A stretch of DNA of 64,000 nt, taken from Octopus sinensis (lineage: Eukaryota). Shown here piece by piece: positions 41,180 through 55,334 of this stretch (the stretch's first letter is position 1; every line of letters starts with the position of its first letter). The notes below the pieces were generated by a model, which was not told the DNA's origin, searched no databases, and worked only from the letters and a program-made list of their open reading frames with translations. The translations under genes were made by a program, and so were the position numbers. Location: contig NC_043025.1 in NCBI RefSeq assembly GCF_006345805.1, positions 2,666,001 through 2,730,000 of the forward strand. Direction: 5' to 3'.

Positions 41180-41890
41180 TATGTGTGTGTGTGTGTGTTC
41201 TATATATAATATGTATATATAATGTATGTGTGTGTGTGTTTATATATAAATATGTAATATAATGTATGTGTGAGTGTGTTCTATATATAAATATGTATAT
41301 ATAATGTATGTGTGTGTGTGTGTGTTCTATATATAATATGTATATATAATGTATGTGTGAGTGTGTTCTATATATAAATATGTATATATAATGTATGTGT
41401 GAGTGTGTTCTATATATAAATATGTATATATAATGTATGTGTGTGTGTGTGTGTGTTCTATATATAAATATGTATATATAATGTATGTGTGAGTGTGTTC
41501 TATATATAAATATGTATATATAATGTATGTGTGAGTGTGTTCTATATATAAATATGTATATATAATGTATGTGTGTGTGTGTGTTCTATATATAAATATG
41601 TATATATAATGTATGTGTGTGTGTGTTCTATATATAAATATGTATATATAATGTATGTGTGTGTGTGTGTGTTCTATATATAAATATGTATATATAATGT
41701 ATGTGTGTGTGTTCTATATATAAATATGCATATATAATGTATGTGTGTGTGTGTGTGTGTTCTATATATAAATATGTATATATAATGTATGTGTGTGTGT
41801 GTGTGTGTTCTATATATAAATATGTATATATAATGTATGTGTGTGTGTGTGTGTTCTATATATAAATATGTATATATAATGTATATATAC
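41180..41890. repeat. ~40-46-bp minisatellite inside the Helitron (about 16-17 copies; about 5 copies at 44730-44965)
   Basis: Unit ATGTAT(GT)nTCTATATATAAATATGTATATATA. Confidence 0.92.
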
Positions 41891-42033
41891 AAAGTGAATA
41901 TATCTGTATTTATGTATATTAAACTTTTTCATATTTTTTCATAGTTATATATATTTTAAAACAAATTATAAATATAATTTAATAATTTTTATTTTCAATT
42001 TAAATAATTTATATTTTTCAATTTTATATTTTA

Positions 42034-42943
42034 CTAGCAGTATCGCCCGGCGTTGCCCGGGTTTGTAAGGGAAATAACTATATAAGCATTTGTAGTGAGT
42101 TATAGCAAAAAAAATAGCAAAAAATGCTTTAAAAATGGAATAAAAACTGATGGTAATATTTTTTTAATCGTTGACTCATCGTAGACATTTTTAGAGAGTT
42201 ACTTCCCTTATATAATAGCGAAAAATGCATTAAAATGGAATAAAAATGATGGTAATTTTTTTTAAATCGTAGACTCATCCTAGACGCGCGCTAATACCCA
42301 GAAGGGCTCGATATGAATCACGACTATAAGATACCCGGTTTTGGTTACACTGCAACGCAAAATGTGGGAGTAGTTAGGAATCTAAATCGTAGGAGACAGA
42401 CACACAACCTTACTTTTATATATAAAGATTTGTGCAACAACTAAAACATTCGGTTGTGCAAATTGTTTGCACAGGAAACCTGCCCTGTGTGGCGGTTTTT
42501 GCCGTTTTTGTGGATCTGTTTCAGCTTTTTTAGCGATTTCTGTTTTGGCGACTTCAAGCCATGAAGTCGTTGTTCTAAAAGAACGCTGGTCTCCTTGACA
42601 ACGCATTACGACGTTGATTTCCTTACACTCCCTTCACCACAGCTTCACGAGGGAGGGAAGAAGGGGGAGAAGCAAACAGGTGCAGGCGTGAGTGTGGTCG
42701 CCAACTCCGCCGCCATCGACACACGAAAAAATATGCATTAAAATGGAATAAAAAATTATGTTAAATTATTTTTAAAATCGTAGACTCATCGTAAACGCGC
42801 GCTAATACCCAGACGCGCTCGATAAGAATCACGTCTATAAGATACCCGAATTTGGTTAAACTGCACCGCAAAATGTGGGAGTAGTTAGGAATCTAAATCG
42901 AAGGGGACAGACACTCACACAGCTACATTTTTATATATATAGA
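42034..42943 (-). mobile_element. Nested non-autonomous Helitron in opposite orientation
   Basis: Minus-strand 3' end CCCGGGCAACGCCGGG hairpin ...CTAG|T. Two alternative 5' ends, A|TCTATATATATAAAA (42943) and A|TCTTTATATATAAAA (42428). Confidence 0.75.
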
Positions 42944-43939
42944 TATATTTTCTACGTTATATTTTCTTTTTTATGTTTTTGGTTTTGGTTTTCAATGTTT
43001 GATTTGCCTCTTGGTTTTTTATCTCTAATTTAATTTATACAGATATATATCTCATTTGTATACATTTGTATATAAATGCGTGCACAACACACACATATAT
43101 ATATATACACATATATATATATATATATATGTGTGCATTACGTAGTCGGTCGATTCAGCTGAAAATATGCACACCTATGTTAAAGGTGCTGACAAGTTTG
43201 CATGACAACTATTTTTTTCCTCAAATGAAAGGCGTCACCTCTAGGACAAAATTCCTCATCTTATAAAATGTGGCCCCAGTAGACCCGAATGAAATCGGGT
43301 TATATTAACCAAAATGTTAAAAGGGGTCTAAATGGGGCTGGAAGGGGATTAAAATTTCAAGGAGCGGGTGTTTAGGAAATCTCTGTTACATCAAGCTAAA
43401 AAATTTGCGCCAGCCTTTTAATCTTCAATGTGTTGCCGTCCATGATAAAGAAGTTTTGAATGCTTGCCATGGTGAGTCTACTGTCGTGAGAAAGAATCAC
43501 TTCAAAAATTGTGTTTTACGAATTTTCTTTTACATCAAGTTCAAAATTTTACGCCCCGTTAAACTGTCACTACGTTGCTGTCCGTCGTTAACAAATGCCA
43601 GCCATGGTGACTCTACTATCCTCAGATTCTATCCTTCAAACTTTGGTTTCCAATATTTTATATTTTTATTCAGCTCGCAAGTTCGTTTGTCCCTTTTAAA
43701 TGTTAGCGTTTTGCTGTCTGCCTTGAAGCAGACCTTTCCATTGCCACTGCCTCATATTTCTGATTGATCTTTCTAAATATTTTATTTCTCAACAAACTCA
43801 AGATCTTCTGTTGTTTATAAATGGGAGAGAGATAGATAAAGATAGAGAGTAAGAGAAAGCGAGGGAGAGTCCGAGAGAAAATAAAAGTAAGAGTGTGGGA
43901 AAGTGAGAGAGAAACGAGAGAGCAACAAAGAGGGAGAAT

Positions 43940-44260
43940 CATCATCATCATCATCATCGTTTAACGTCCGTTTTCCGTGCTAGCACGGGTTGGGCAGTGT
44001 GACCGGGGTCTCGGAAGCCAGGAGACTGCACCAGGCTCCAGTCTGATCTGGCAGTGTTTCTACAGGTGGATGACCTTCCTAACGCCAACCACTCTGTGAG
44101 TGTAGTGGGTGCTTTTTTCGTGCCGCCGGCACTGGTGCCGGGGGGGGGGGCTCGCAGTGGCGACGATCGGTTGGTGCTTTTTACGTGCCACCGGCACAGA
44201 ACGAAGTCAAGGCGGTGCTGCAATCGGCCACGTTCGGATGGTGCATTTTACGTGCTGAAA
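43940..44260 (-). mobile_element. SINE-like element with an RTE-type (GAT)n tail inside the Helitron (paralogue 47473-47790)
   Basis: The minus strand ends ...CGGACGTTAAAC(GAT)n. Confidence 0.55.
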
Positions 44261-44323
44261 GGAAGCAACAGAAAGTAACAACCACACTCTTACCCGCGCG
44301 TAGAGCGGGTCACCTTCAGCTAG

Positions 44324-47300
44324 TATATATATAAAACTGAATTGCGTTTTTACCGCTTGGATCGCTTTCAATGCCACTACATCCCGTCCGATTCGCTCCA
44401 AAATTTACAGGGACATGTAGAATGAGGTGACGATGCGCGTGGGCTACCTTAGAAATCCCTATATTAAAAGCTGTGTTTTCTAGGGACCATCTTCCTACCT
44501 CACCCTATTTCCTCCAGTACTCTGTCACTCCTCTTCATTTATAACTTTCAGAAGTCCACTACGGTTATTTAAAGTATCTGTCACTATCGCTATTTCCTTT
44601 CTTTTTCACTGACTCTGTTTCCTACCTTCCTATCACTTCGGCGGCGTTCTTTTAAGTATATGTCTGTCACCAACAATCAACACACGATCATGAGAACAAA
44701 TATTTTGAATCAGATATTCTTGCGTTCATTTATATGTGTGTGTGTGTGTGTGTTCTTTATATATAAATATGTATATATAATGTATGTGTGTGTGTGTGTG
44801 TTCTATATATAAATATGTATATATAATGTATGTGTGTGTGTGTGTTCTATATATAAATATGTATATATAATGTATGTGTGTGTGTGTGTGTTCTATATAT
44901 AAATATGTATATATAATGTATGTGTGTGTGTTCTATATATAAATATGTATATATAATGTATATATACAAAGTGAATATATCTGTATTTATGTATATTAAA
45001 CTTTTTCATACTTTTTCATAGTTATATATATTTTAAAACAAATTATAAATATAATTTAATAATTTTTATTTTCAATTTAAATAATTTAAAGTTTTCAATT
45101 TTATATTTTACTAGCAGTATCGCCCGGCGTTGCTCGGATTTGTAAGGGAAATAACTATATAAGCATTTTTAGTGAGTTATAGCAAAAAAAATAGCAAAAA
45201 ATGCTTTAAAAATGGAATAAAAAATGATAGTAATTTTTTGTTAATCGTTGATTCATCGTAGACATTTTTAGAGAGTTACTTCCCTTATATAATAGCGAAA
45301 ATGCATTAAAATGGAATAAAAAATGATGGTAATTTTTTTTTTATCGTTGACTCATCGTAGACATTTTTAGAGAGTTACTTCCCTTATATAATAGCGAAAA
45401 ATGCATTAAAATGGAATAAAAAATGATGGTAATTTTTTTTTTAAATCGTAGACTCATCGTAGACGCGCGCTAATACATAGAAGGGCTCGATATTAATCAC
45501 GACTATAAGATTCCCGGTTTTGGTTACACTGCAACGCAAAATGTGGGAGTAGTTAGGAATCTAAATCGTAGGAGACAGACACACAACCTTACTTTTATAT
45601 ATAAAGATTTGTGCAACAACTAAAACTTTCGGTTGTGCAATTTGTTTGCACAGGAAACCTGCCCTGTGTGGCGGTTTTTGCCGTTTTTGTGGATCTGTTT
45701 CAGCTTTTTTAGCGATTTCTGTTTTGGCCCCTTCAAGCCATCAAGTCGTTGTCCTAAAAGAACGCTGGTCTCCTTCACAACGCATTACGACGTTGATTTC
45801 CTTACACTCCCTTCCCCACAGCTTCACGAGGGAGGGAAGAAGGGGGAGAAGCAAACAGGTGCAGGCGTGAGTGTGGTCGCCAACTCCGCCGCCATCGACA
45901 CACGAAAAAATATGCATTAAAATGGAATAAAAAATTATGTTAAATTATTTTTAAAATCGTTGACTCATCGTAGACGCGCGCTAATACGCAGACGGGCTCG
46001 ATATGAATCACGACTATAAGATACCCGAATTTGGTTAAACTGCACCGCAAAATGTGGGAGTAGTTAGGAATCTAAATCGAAGGGGACATACACTCACACA
46101 ACTACAGTTTTATATATATAGATATATTTTCTATGTTATATTTTCTTTTTTGTTTTAGGTTTTTCACTGTTTGATTTGCCTTTTAGTGGTTTTATATCTA
46201 ATTTAATTTATACAGATATATATCTCATTTGTATATATAATGCGTGCATACACACACACACACATATATACACTTGCGTCAGAAATTAATTAGCACTTCT
46301 CAAATTTCTACATTAAATAGGTTAAATCAATTAACCTATGAGCTGTTCAAAACGTCTTACGCGATGAGAAAACTTAGTATGGTGTGATTTCGGTCCTTGC
46401 GAGGCGCTACCTATATCTATTAAACAAAGGAACATTTGTCTGCATCCGCACTCCAAGTTGTTGCACTGCTATGTCAACATCATAAGGCTGTAGACTCTCA
46501 AACTGCTCTGCAAACAAAGTTACGTCATCGTTCTGCGCAACAGTGAACTCGCAACAAAGCAATAGTTCGAGATATGGCCACTAGGTGACAGCACATACCT
46601 TGAGTGAAGAGCAAATCAAGGGTGCTAATTAATTTCTGACAGCTAGTGTATATATATACACATATATATATAATGTGTGCATTACGTAGTCGGTCGATTC
46701 AGCTGAAAACATGCACACCTATGTTAAAAGTGCTGACAAGTTTGCATGACAACTATTTTTTTCCTCAAATGAAAGGCGTCACCTCTAGGACAAAATTCCT
46801 CATCTTATAAAATGTGGCCCCAGTAGACCCGAATGAAATCGGGTTATATTAACTAAAATGTGAAAAGGGGTCTAAATGGGGCTGGAAGGGGATAAAATTT
46901 CAAGGAGCGGGTGTTTAGGAATTCTCTGTTACATCAAGCTAAAAAATTTGAGCCAGTCTTTTAATCGTCAATGTGTTGCCGTCCATGATAAAGAAGTTTT
47001 GAATGCTTGCCATGGTGAGTCTACTGTCGTGAGAAAGAATCACTTCAAAACTTGGTGTTTACGAATTTTCTTTCACATCAAGTTCAAAATTTTACGCCAG
47101 CCGTTAAACTGTCACTACGTTGCTGCCCGCCAGCCATGGTGACTCTACTATCCTCAGATTCTATCCCTTCAAACTTTGGTTTCCAATATTTTATTATTTT
47201 CATTCAGCTCGCAAGTTCGTCTGTCCCTTTTAAATGTTAGCGTTTTGCTGTCTGCCTTGAAGCAGACCTTTCCATTGCCACTGCCTCATATTTCTGATTG

Positions 47301-47850
47301 ATCTTTCTAAATATTTTATTTCTCAACAAACTCAAGATCTTCTGTTGTTTTTAAATGGGAGAGAGATAGATAAAGATGGCGAGTAAGAGAAAGCGGGGGA
47401 GAGTCCGAGAGAAAAGAAAAGTAAGTGAGTGGGAAAGTGAGAGAGAACGGAGAGAGAAACAAATACGGAGAATCATCATCATCATCATCGTTTAACGTCC
47501 GTTTTCCGTGCTAGCACGGGTTGGGCAGTGTGACCGGGGTCTCGGAAGCCAGGAGGCTGCACCAGGCTCCAGTCTGATCTGGCAGTGTTTCTACAGGTGG
47601 ATGACCTTCCTAACGCCAACCACTCAGTGAGTGTAGTGAGTGCTCTTTTCGTGCCGCCGGCCCTGGTGCTAGGGGGGCTCGCAGTGGCAACGATCGGTTG
47701 GTGCTTTTTACGTGCACACCGGCACAGAAGCAAGTCAAGGCCTTGCTGCAATCGCCACGTTCGGATGGTGCTTTTTACGTGCTGAAAGGAAGCAACAGAA
47801 AGTAACACCCACACTCTTACCCGCGCGTAGAGCGGGTCACCTTCAGCTAG
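44324..47850 (+). mobile_element. Non-autonomous Helitron, tandem unit 2
   Basis: Head-to-tail copy of 40771-44323 with the same 3' hairpin and CTAG|T. Carries the nested minus-strand Helitron at 45111-46122. Confidence 0.75.
46271..46648. mobile_element. Tc1/mariner-type MITE, 378 bp
   Basis: TIRs CACTTGCGTCAGAAATTAATTAGCAC / GTGCTAATTAATTTCTGACAGCTAGTG with TA on both sides. Absent from Helitron unit 1 (~43095-43130). Confidence 0.85.
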
Positions 47851-48139
47851 TATATATATATTTCTATATAACAGGAAGGTTTACCAAAATAAACAAGAGA
47901 CGAAGGCAGGTTTACGAAAATGAACAAGAGACGAAGGCGGGTGGAATACAAACACAATTATTAGAATGGCGCTCAGGAGTAGAAATAAAACAAGTCTTTT
48001 ACGTTTCCACCCTACGCTCTACGACAGAAAGATACACAAAAAAGAAACAAATGGAGAAACAAGGAGAGAAAAAAATGCGTGCAGGAGCTAACGATTCAAC
48101 ATGGCGTTCTGATTTCAGCCAGGGGTCAGACATCAAACG

Positions 48140-48218
<79 letters not shown>

Positions 48219-48366
48219 CAATGAAGGGTGAAATTAATTAATTTGAATAATATCAATTACACCCAGTAGTCTTCGGCATGTAAAAGCCTCATTCGAGAAA
48301 ATTTAAGTAATACTAAGCAATTCGGTGTGCGGTAAGGCAATTCGTTGCTAAGCCCTTAATTGCTTA

Positions 48367-48417
<51 letters not shown>

Positions 48418-48425
48418 ATATATAT

Positions 48426-48460
<35 letters not shown>

Positions 48461-48481
48461 ATTTTATATATATATATATAT

Positions 48482-48518
<37 letters not shown>

Positions 48519-48520
48519 CA

Positions 48521-48563
<43 letters not shown>

Positions 48564-48564
48564 T

Positions 48565-49241
48565 ATAAATAAATGGAGTTGAACGAAGATGTTAACAAAA
48601 TTCCTTTACTCTCCCCTTGTTAAAAGCTGGCTATAAAGAGAAAGTGTCATTCATCGATTCTGTGCATCCTAGACCTACATCTGCTTCTCCAGATAAAATA
48701 GATATTTTTAATAGGAAGAGTGATTTTAATTCTAATAGTGTAAGCAGCCCAATACGTAATATAAATTCTTTACGGACCAGGGGAGGTAAGCGCCATTTAA
48801 CCCCAAATTTCCAAACCAGAAATTTTACCCCTACCTTTACAAGTAACTCTACGTACAATTCAAAAGTCACTAAGAACTGTATCTGGTCCGTAATCCCTTT
48901 CGGAAAACAAATTACATCGAACCTTCCCTTGCAGTTCCGTGAAGCTGTTTCTAGGAACTTTCCCAAAAATTCTAGATATTATTCTATTATCAATTCCCAC
49001 ATAGTTAGAATCGCTTTCTCTAACACTAGAATCTTTCACAAATTATATCTTCTCACAATACCAATCTGCAAAATAAAGGTTCTTCACCCGAGAGTTCCAG
49101 TAGCCGTCTTGCTAATTCTAACGCCCCATACAATTATAATAATAAGAATAGTATTGATAATAATAGTAATGGTAATAGTGATGGTGATAACAATGATAAC
49201 AATAATAATAGTAATAGTCGTGTTAATAACAATGGTAATGT

Positions 49242-49291
<50 letters not shown>

Positions 49292-50275
49292 TAATAATAA
49301 TAATAATGATAATAACGGTATTATTGTTGATAGTATTATTAGTTGTATTAACAATAATAATGCTAATAATAATAGGAATAGTGTTGTTAGTGGTGGTAAC
49401 AATAATAGTAACAACAATCATAGCAATAAAACATCGTTTCGATCTCGGAGGACAACACGAACGGAATTAAATTTTTGTCTAATAATTCTAAGATCAGGAA
49501 TTCTATATACCAGTGTAAAATTTCTTCCGGTACCGATGTCTTCTTCTATATAAGTGCGTCCACTTCCCAGTTATCCAAGAGAATTTCAAACCATTATTCA
49601 TCATTTAGGGATAGCAGAAAACGCCATACTACAGGGCTAAGTAAATTAGTTTGGCGTCTTAAAGACAACAATATAGTTTTTAATTTAAATTGGTGCATAA
49701 TGTCTTTATCCTTTCCTTTCGATAAGGGCAGGAGATTTTGTAACATTTGCAACTCTGAACTCTTCCATATTCTCTTCTCTAAGAATCCCCTTTTAAACAC
49801 ACTTGTAGAGAAATCGTATAACTGTAAACACTGCCAGAAACATACATTTTACTCATATAAATGATTTCGATATTCATTATAGTTTGAATAAATAGTTTCA
49901 CGTGCACTCCACTTCAATAGAGAAATTCTTTCCTAAGCCTTTGAACATTCTTTTAATCAACGTACCCCTCCCTCTCTATCTGTTCCCCACTTATTATTCC
50001 TTTAACCCTTCTCTTCCTACTATCTACCTTTGACGTCAATTCTAATAACGGTTTTTTAAAATACTTAATAACGTTTTGTTTATCATGTAGGCAGTCATCG
50101 TAATTGTTATAATGTCTTGTTGTTGAGAGAGTCTCTCTTTCTTTCCTGATAAGAAGATTACATCTTACACCGTTTATTCCTTTGGAATGAAACCATGTTG
50201 TCTTCGAAACATATGTCGAAAGTAAAAGGAATTTTATTAACATCTTCGTTCAACTCCATTTATTTATTTATTCAT
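48565..50275 (+). mobile_element. Penelope-like element remnant, copy C
   Basis: ORFs 48617..49294 (thumb region) and 49475..49864 (SIYQCKI..FYISASTS.LSKRISNHYSSF GIY-YIG). Inverted terminal segment present. Its hammerhead (50141-50222) has the core mutated to CTGATAA. Confidence 0.87.
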
Positions 50276-50446
50276 ATATAACACACAAATTTCTGCACAT
50301 GAAACCAGAGTTTCTACCTTTGGATAGGTCGCTTCAACCGTATTTCTTACGTGAATTTGCTACCCTGGTATCGGTTCATCGAATTTTCCATGTTGACGGT
50401 AAACATAGGATAATTCATTCACCTATCAAAATATATATATATATAT

Positions 50447-51335
50447 ATTGATTGATTCTAGTTTCAGCTCATGAGCTGTGGCCATGCTAGGGCAACGCCA
50501 TTTGGTGTTGCTACATGGTTTTACTTCACGAATGCTTTTTAGCAACTGCCATTTGGTGCATGAGAGAGTTCGATGCAGCTGCCCTCATCTGCACCTCCTG
50601 CCGTGAAGTTGGTTCATCTGGGATACCTGACAAGAAGAGATCCAGTTTCATTTTAAAGACATCTGCATCCACCCCATGCAGGTCTCTTAGATTCTTCGGG
50701 AGGATATTGAAGAGCTGTGGGCCTCGGAAGCCCAGGCTATCACAGTATCTTGTCCTACATCTTGATGGCAAATTTGGAGTCCTAGGCACCACGCAGTGGC
50801 GCCCAGGTTTGGCATTTGTGTAACTCTCGATGCCAAAGTTTGGGACAAGTCCCTCCAGGATATTATATATATTATATATATATATAATATTGGGCCATAT
50901 CGTGGATAATGCGGTTTTTCCATACTTATTTTTGCAAAATTACGAAAAAACAAATTCATTTTTTAAAAATCCAAAATATACTCTCCTTCTACATTGTTCT
51001 TCTGTCTCTCTGGTAGACTTACAAGGTCCCACTTCCAAAATTCACTTGTCCGTGACAAAAAATACTCTTCATGTACTGTTCTGACCTCATCTACAGAATT
51101 TATATTTTAACCGTCCAAATGATTTGAAGACTTCGGAATAAGTGATAATCAGATGGGGCAATGCCTGGCGATTATGGTGGGTGGGGCATCGTTTCTCATT
51201 CAAACTGCTCCAGCCTTTGGAATGTCACTCTCGCTGTATATGGCCGAGGATTATCCGGATGGAGGAACACTTTTCGTCTTGAAACCATTTTCTGATAGCG
51301 CTGGTGTCGATGAACCGTTGAATGATCAATCAATA
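50447..51335 (-). mobile_element. CR1 3' fragment (~50447-50865) and mariner remnant (~50888-51335), copy C
   Basis: Paralogous to 22060-22950. Confidence 0.85.
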
Positions 51336-51558
51336 TGACGTAATCTATATGACCCTTGGCTTAAATGGTAGAGCACTCGAACCAGATATCGGAGGAGTGG
51401 TCGATCCTCATGGCTGGTTGAAACCAAAATATTTTCTGCTCTTAAAAGGATTTTATCCTTTATATACACAGTGTGTGTGTATTTATACATGCATATGCAT
51501 ATTTGAACATGCGCTTCAGAGAGAGGATGCACGTACATGTATGCATTTATATGTACAT

Positions 51559-51595
<37 letters not shown>

Positions 51596-51636
51596 TTGTG
51601 TATATGTGTGTGTGCGTACATGTCTATGCATATATG

Positions 51637-51675
<39 letters not shown>

Positions 51676-54600
51676 GCATATATATATATACACACACACA
51701 TATGTATATATCAACATACATATCCATATATGAATATATATGTGTATATTTATGCATATATGCATATCTTTGCATTATTTATATGTGTGTGCATGCACGT
51801 GCGTGTGTGTCTGTGTGTGTGAGTTAGCATGTGTTTGTGTGTGTGTGACGATATCACTATTTATGAACGTATGCATGTAGAAATGGCGAGGGAATCCTCG
51901 TTCAATGAACACCAGATTAATGCTCGTAAAAGTTCAGAACATTTCAAATCCAGTTCTTCTTAATAAGGACTTTTTCCCCCTGGAACAAGAGCTGGATATA
52001 AGAACTGTACACTTCGAAAGTATGGCATTATGTATCATCGATATTATTAATAAGATGGTTGTATAACCATTAAGAGAAATTTCATTAGCAATGCATAAAT
52101 ATATTCCTAGATCGTTTTGTACGTCTGTGTGAACAAATCCAGTGACTATTTGACACGAAAATATCGATACAGAAAATATCGATACAGAAGATATCTATCA
52201 AGCAGTAATCATAAAGAACAAATTAGCAAAAAAACACAATATATCGAAGCTTTTAGATTTGAAGAGACGATTGTTTTGTGCAGAAGGAATTGGAAAATTC
52301 GGTTTATGTAGTTTAAATGCAAGATAAGACGGTGAACTAGCAGAATCGATAGCGGTGCAAGCAAATTGCTTAGCGACATTTCGTTCGTCTTTCCTTTCTG
52401 CGTTCGAATCCCGTCGAGAAATAGGAAACAATGAAAGAATAACGAAAATAACAAAGAATAAACAAAAACTGAGGAAAAACGAAATGAGACCAGAATCAGG
52501 GTGTGTGTGTGTGTGTGTGTGTGTGTGCGAATATATATATATATATATATATATGTTTCTTTACTACCCACAAGTGGCTAAACACAGGGGGGGGCAGACA
52601 AACGGATTAAGTCGATTATATCGACCCCAGTGCGTAGCTGGTACTTATTTAATCGACCCGAAAGGATGAAAGGCAAAGTCGATCTCGGCGGAATTTGAAC
52701 TCAGAACGTAACAGCAGACGAAATACGACTATGCATTTCGCCCGGCGTACTAACGTTTCTGCCAGCTCGCCGCCTTTTTATAATATATATAATTATATAT
52801 ATATATATAATTATATATATATAATTACATATATATACACAGGGTGCAGCAGTCCTTTTTGCATTTAATAACTTTTACAGTATACAAGTGTTTATTAAGT
52901 AATTTTTTTATTGGACATAAATTTACTGCATTAGTTAAAGAAACAAATAATTAAGTTATGAAGAAATCGCTAAACTTTTGGGAAATTAAGTATTAACCCA
53001 TCAAAACAATATGATTCAACATAAAAGGGTGTTACTTCAGCCGCACACTGTATATATGTGTGTGTGGGTGTGTGTGTTTTCACATGCATATCTTTCTATA
53101 TATGTAGACATGTGTTTATGTATAGAAAGATTCGATGGACAGATAGAGAGAAAGAGATAGGGAGAGAGAGAGATTAATAATTCATGTATATTTATGTGTG
53201 CATAGAAATGCTAAATGTTAAAAGAAATATTAACAAATTTACCTCTATAATGCCGGCCCCAAATATGACTTTGATTTTCACTTTTTACCAAAATTAAATA
53301 AAGTTTCGCCACTTATGTGAATATTCTGTTATTCAGATAATTCTACTGTCTTCCTTCGCAGCTTGTATCGGATAAGTATACTGACTGAACTACCCAGTTG
53401 TTTTAACTCTCTAAATGCATTTTTTTAAAACGACACCGTCAATTTTTTGTTTCTGTTGATTCTTGTGACTGGCTGCACTCGTTTTCTATCCGGAACATAA
53501 ATCCGTTTTCCAACACTTCACATCTGTTGTCGAAGTGGTTGCAGAGCAACACGATATTAAGTGGTTTGCATAACACAACATACCTCCCGTTCCAGGAATT
53601 GAAACCGAGATACCATTATTAGCGACATTTCGTTCGTCTTTCCTTTCTGCGTTCGAATCCCGCCGAGAAAACAAAAACTGAGAAAAAACGAAATGAGACC
53701 AGAATCAGGGTGTGTGTGTGTGTGCGAATATAAAAGCCCTCAATGTTGGTTTCCTTGTCCTGTTTTTATGCTTTATGTGTACTGTATTTTTATTTGTATT
53801 GCTTTTACGTCCTGTTCTTGTCACTTCTTTTCTTTTTTTACCCCTCTGCAAAAGGAATTTTATTTAATTCCTTCCGCAGGAAGAACTGCTTCGGCGGATC
53901 GTGTTCTGCCCTTACCTTCGAGCTGGCAGAAACGTTAGCATGCCGGGCGAAATGCGCGATGTCATGCGCCCTCAAAAGCAATCAAATTACCAAAACTTTA
54001 TTTGTCATATGTCCTGGCAACACGCAGAATATTCTTATCTACTTGACGCCTTTCTAAAATAAACGCCATTGTTTTTATCGATTATTGGGATGGCGATATC
54101 TGCTCAAAGACACGACCTCATCTCTCTAGTTACTAAAATGCAAACCCGACGAATTTTTATGGTTTCCTAGAAAAGATTAAAGAGTCGGTTCTAAATGATG
54201 TTTGTTGTTCACTGATTACATGACGATGGTCAGAGGCGTTTCAGTCGTGATCATCCCGTCGATTTACTTCTATTCCTTTGGTTGATGTGTTCTGTCCGTC
54301 GTTAAAACCATAGAATGTGAAACAGTGGAAGTTGGCTATTATTCCTTAACGTTGTTTCAAATGCTTACGATAGGGTTGATAGCGCAAATGATCGATTGAT
54401 GGACATTCATTAGTCCTGAAACCCTCATCTGCAAAAATTATTGGAATTTACCACATGGAGTGGATGTTAATTTTCATAGATCTCTCCGAAATCTCGCCGT
54501 TTTATATAAGTCCTGCCTTACTATCAAGACGAACCATTCACTTGTTAAATGGCATCTGTGACTAAATCATGTTTGGAATAGTGAAATGTTCATGTGCATG

Positions 54601-55252
54601 GATGATCCCAAGTACAATACGAGCTCTAACTTGCGAGCTGGCAGAAAGTTTAGCACGCCGGGTGAAATGCGTAGCCGTATTTCGTCTGCCGTTACGTTCT
54701 GGGTTCAAATTCCGCCGAGGTTGACTTTGCCTTTCATCCTTTCGGGATCGATTAAATAAGTACCAGTTACGCACTGGGGTCGATATAATCGACTTGATCC
54801 GTTTGTCTGTCCTTGTTTGTCCTCTCTGTGTTTAGCCCCTTGTGGGTAGTGAAGAAATAGGTATTTCGTCTGTCTTTACGTTCTGAGTTCAAATACCGCC
54901 GAGGTCAACTTTGCCTTTCATCCTTTCGGGGTCGATAAATTAAGCACCAGTAAAACAATGGGCCGATGTAATTGACTAGACCCCTTCCTTCAAATTTCAG
55001 GCCATGTGAATATGGTGGAAAGGATTATTATTAGATATTTTATTGGCGGAACGATATTTCGACAGTAAGTGTACCACGAAATGCTTGGCGATATTTCGCC
55101 CATCGCTACGTTCTGAGTTCATATTCCGTCGCTGTCTATTTTGCCATTCATCCTTTCGAAATCGATAAATTAAGTACCATTGAAACACTTATGTCGGTGT
55201 AATTCACTTAACCCGTCCCCCATATTGGCTGCCCTTGTAGACCTTGTCGCAA

Positions 55253-55332
<80 letters not shown>

Positions 55333-55334
<2 letters not shown>

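Larger units (their letters stand above)
40771..44323 (+). mobile_element. Non-autonomous Helitron, tandem unit 1 (~3.55 kb)
   Basis: 5' TCTATATATAAAA. 3' hairpin ACCCGC-GCGTAGA-GCGGGT lies about 10 nt before the terminal CTAG|T. No TSD and no RepHel ORF. Confidence 0.75.

Noticed and set aside
41180-41890. Regularly spaced repeats resembling a CRISPR array
   Set aside because: The 'spacers' are just variable (GT)n runs. Eukaryotic minisatellite with no cas genes.
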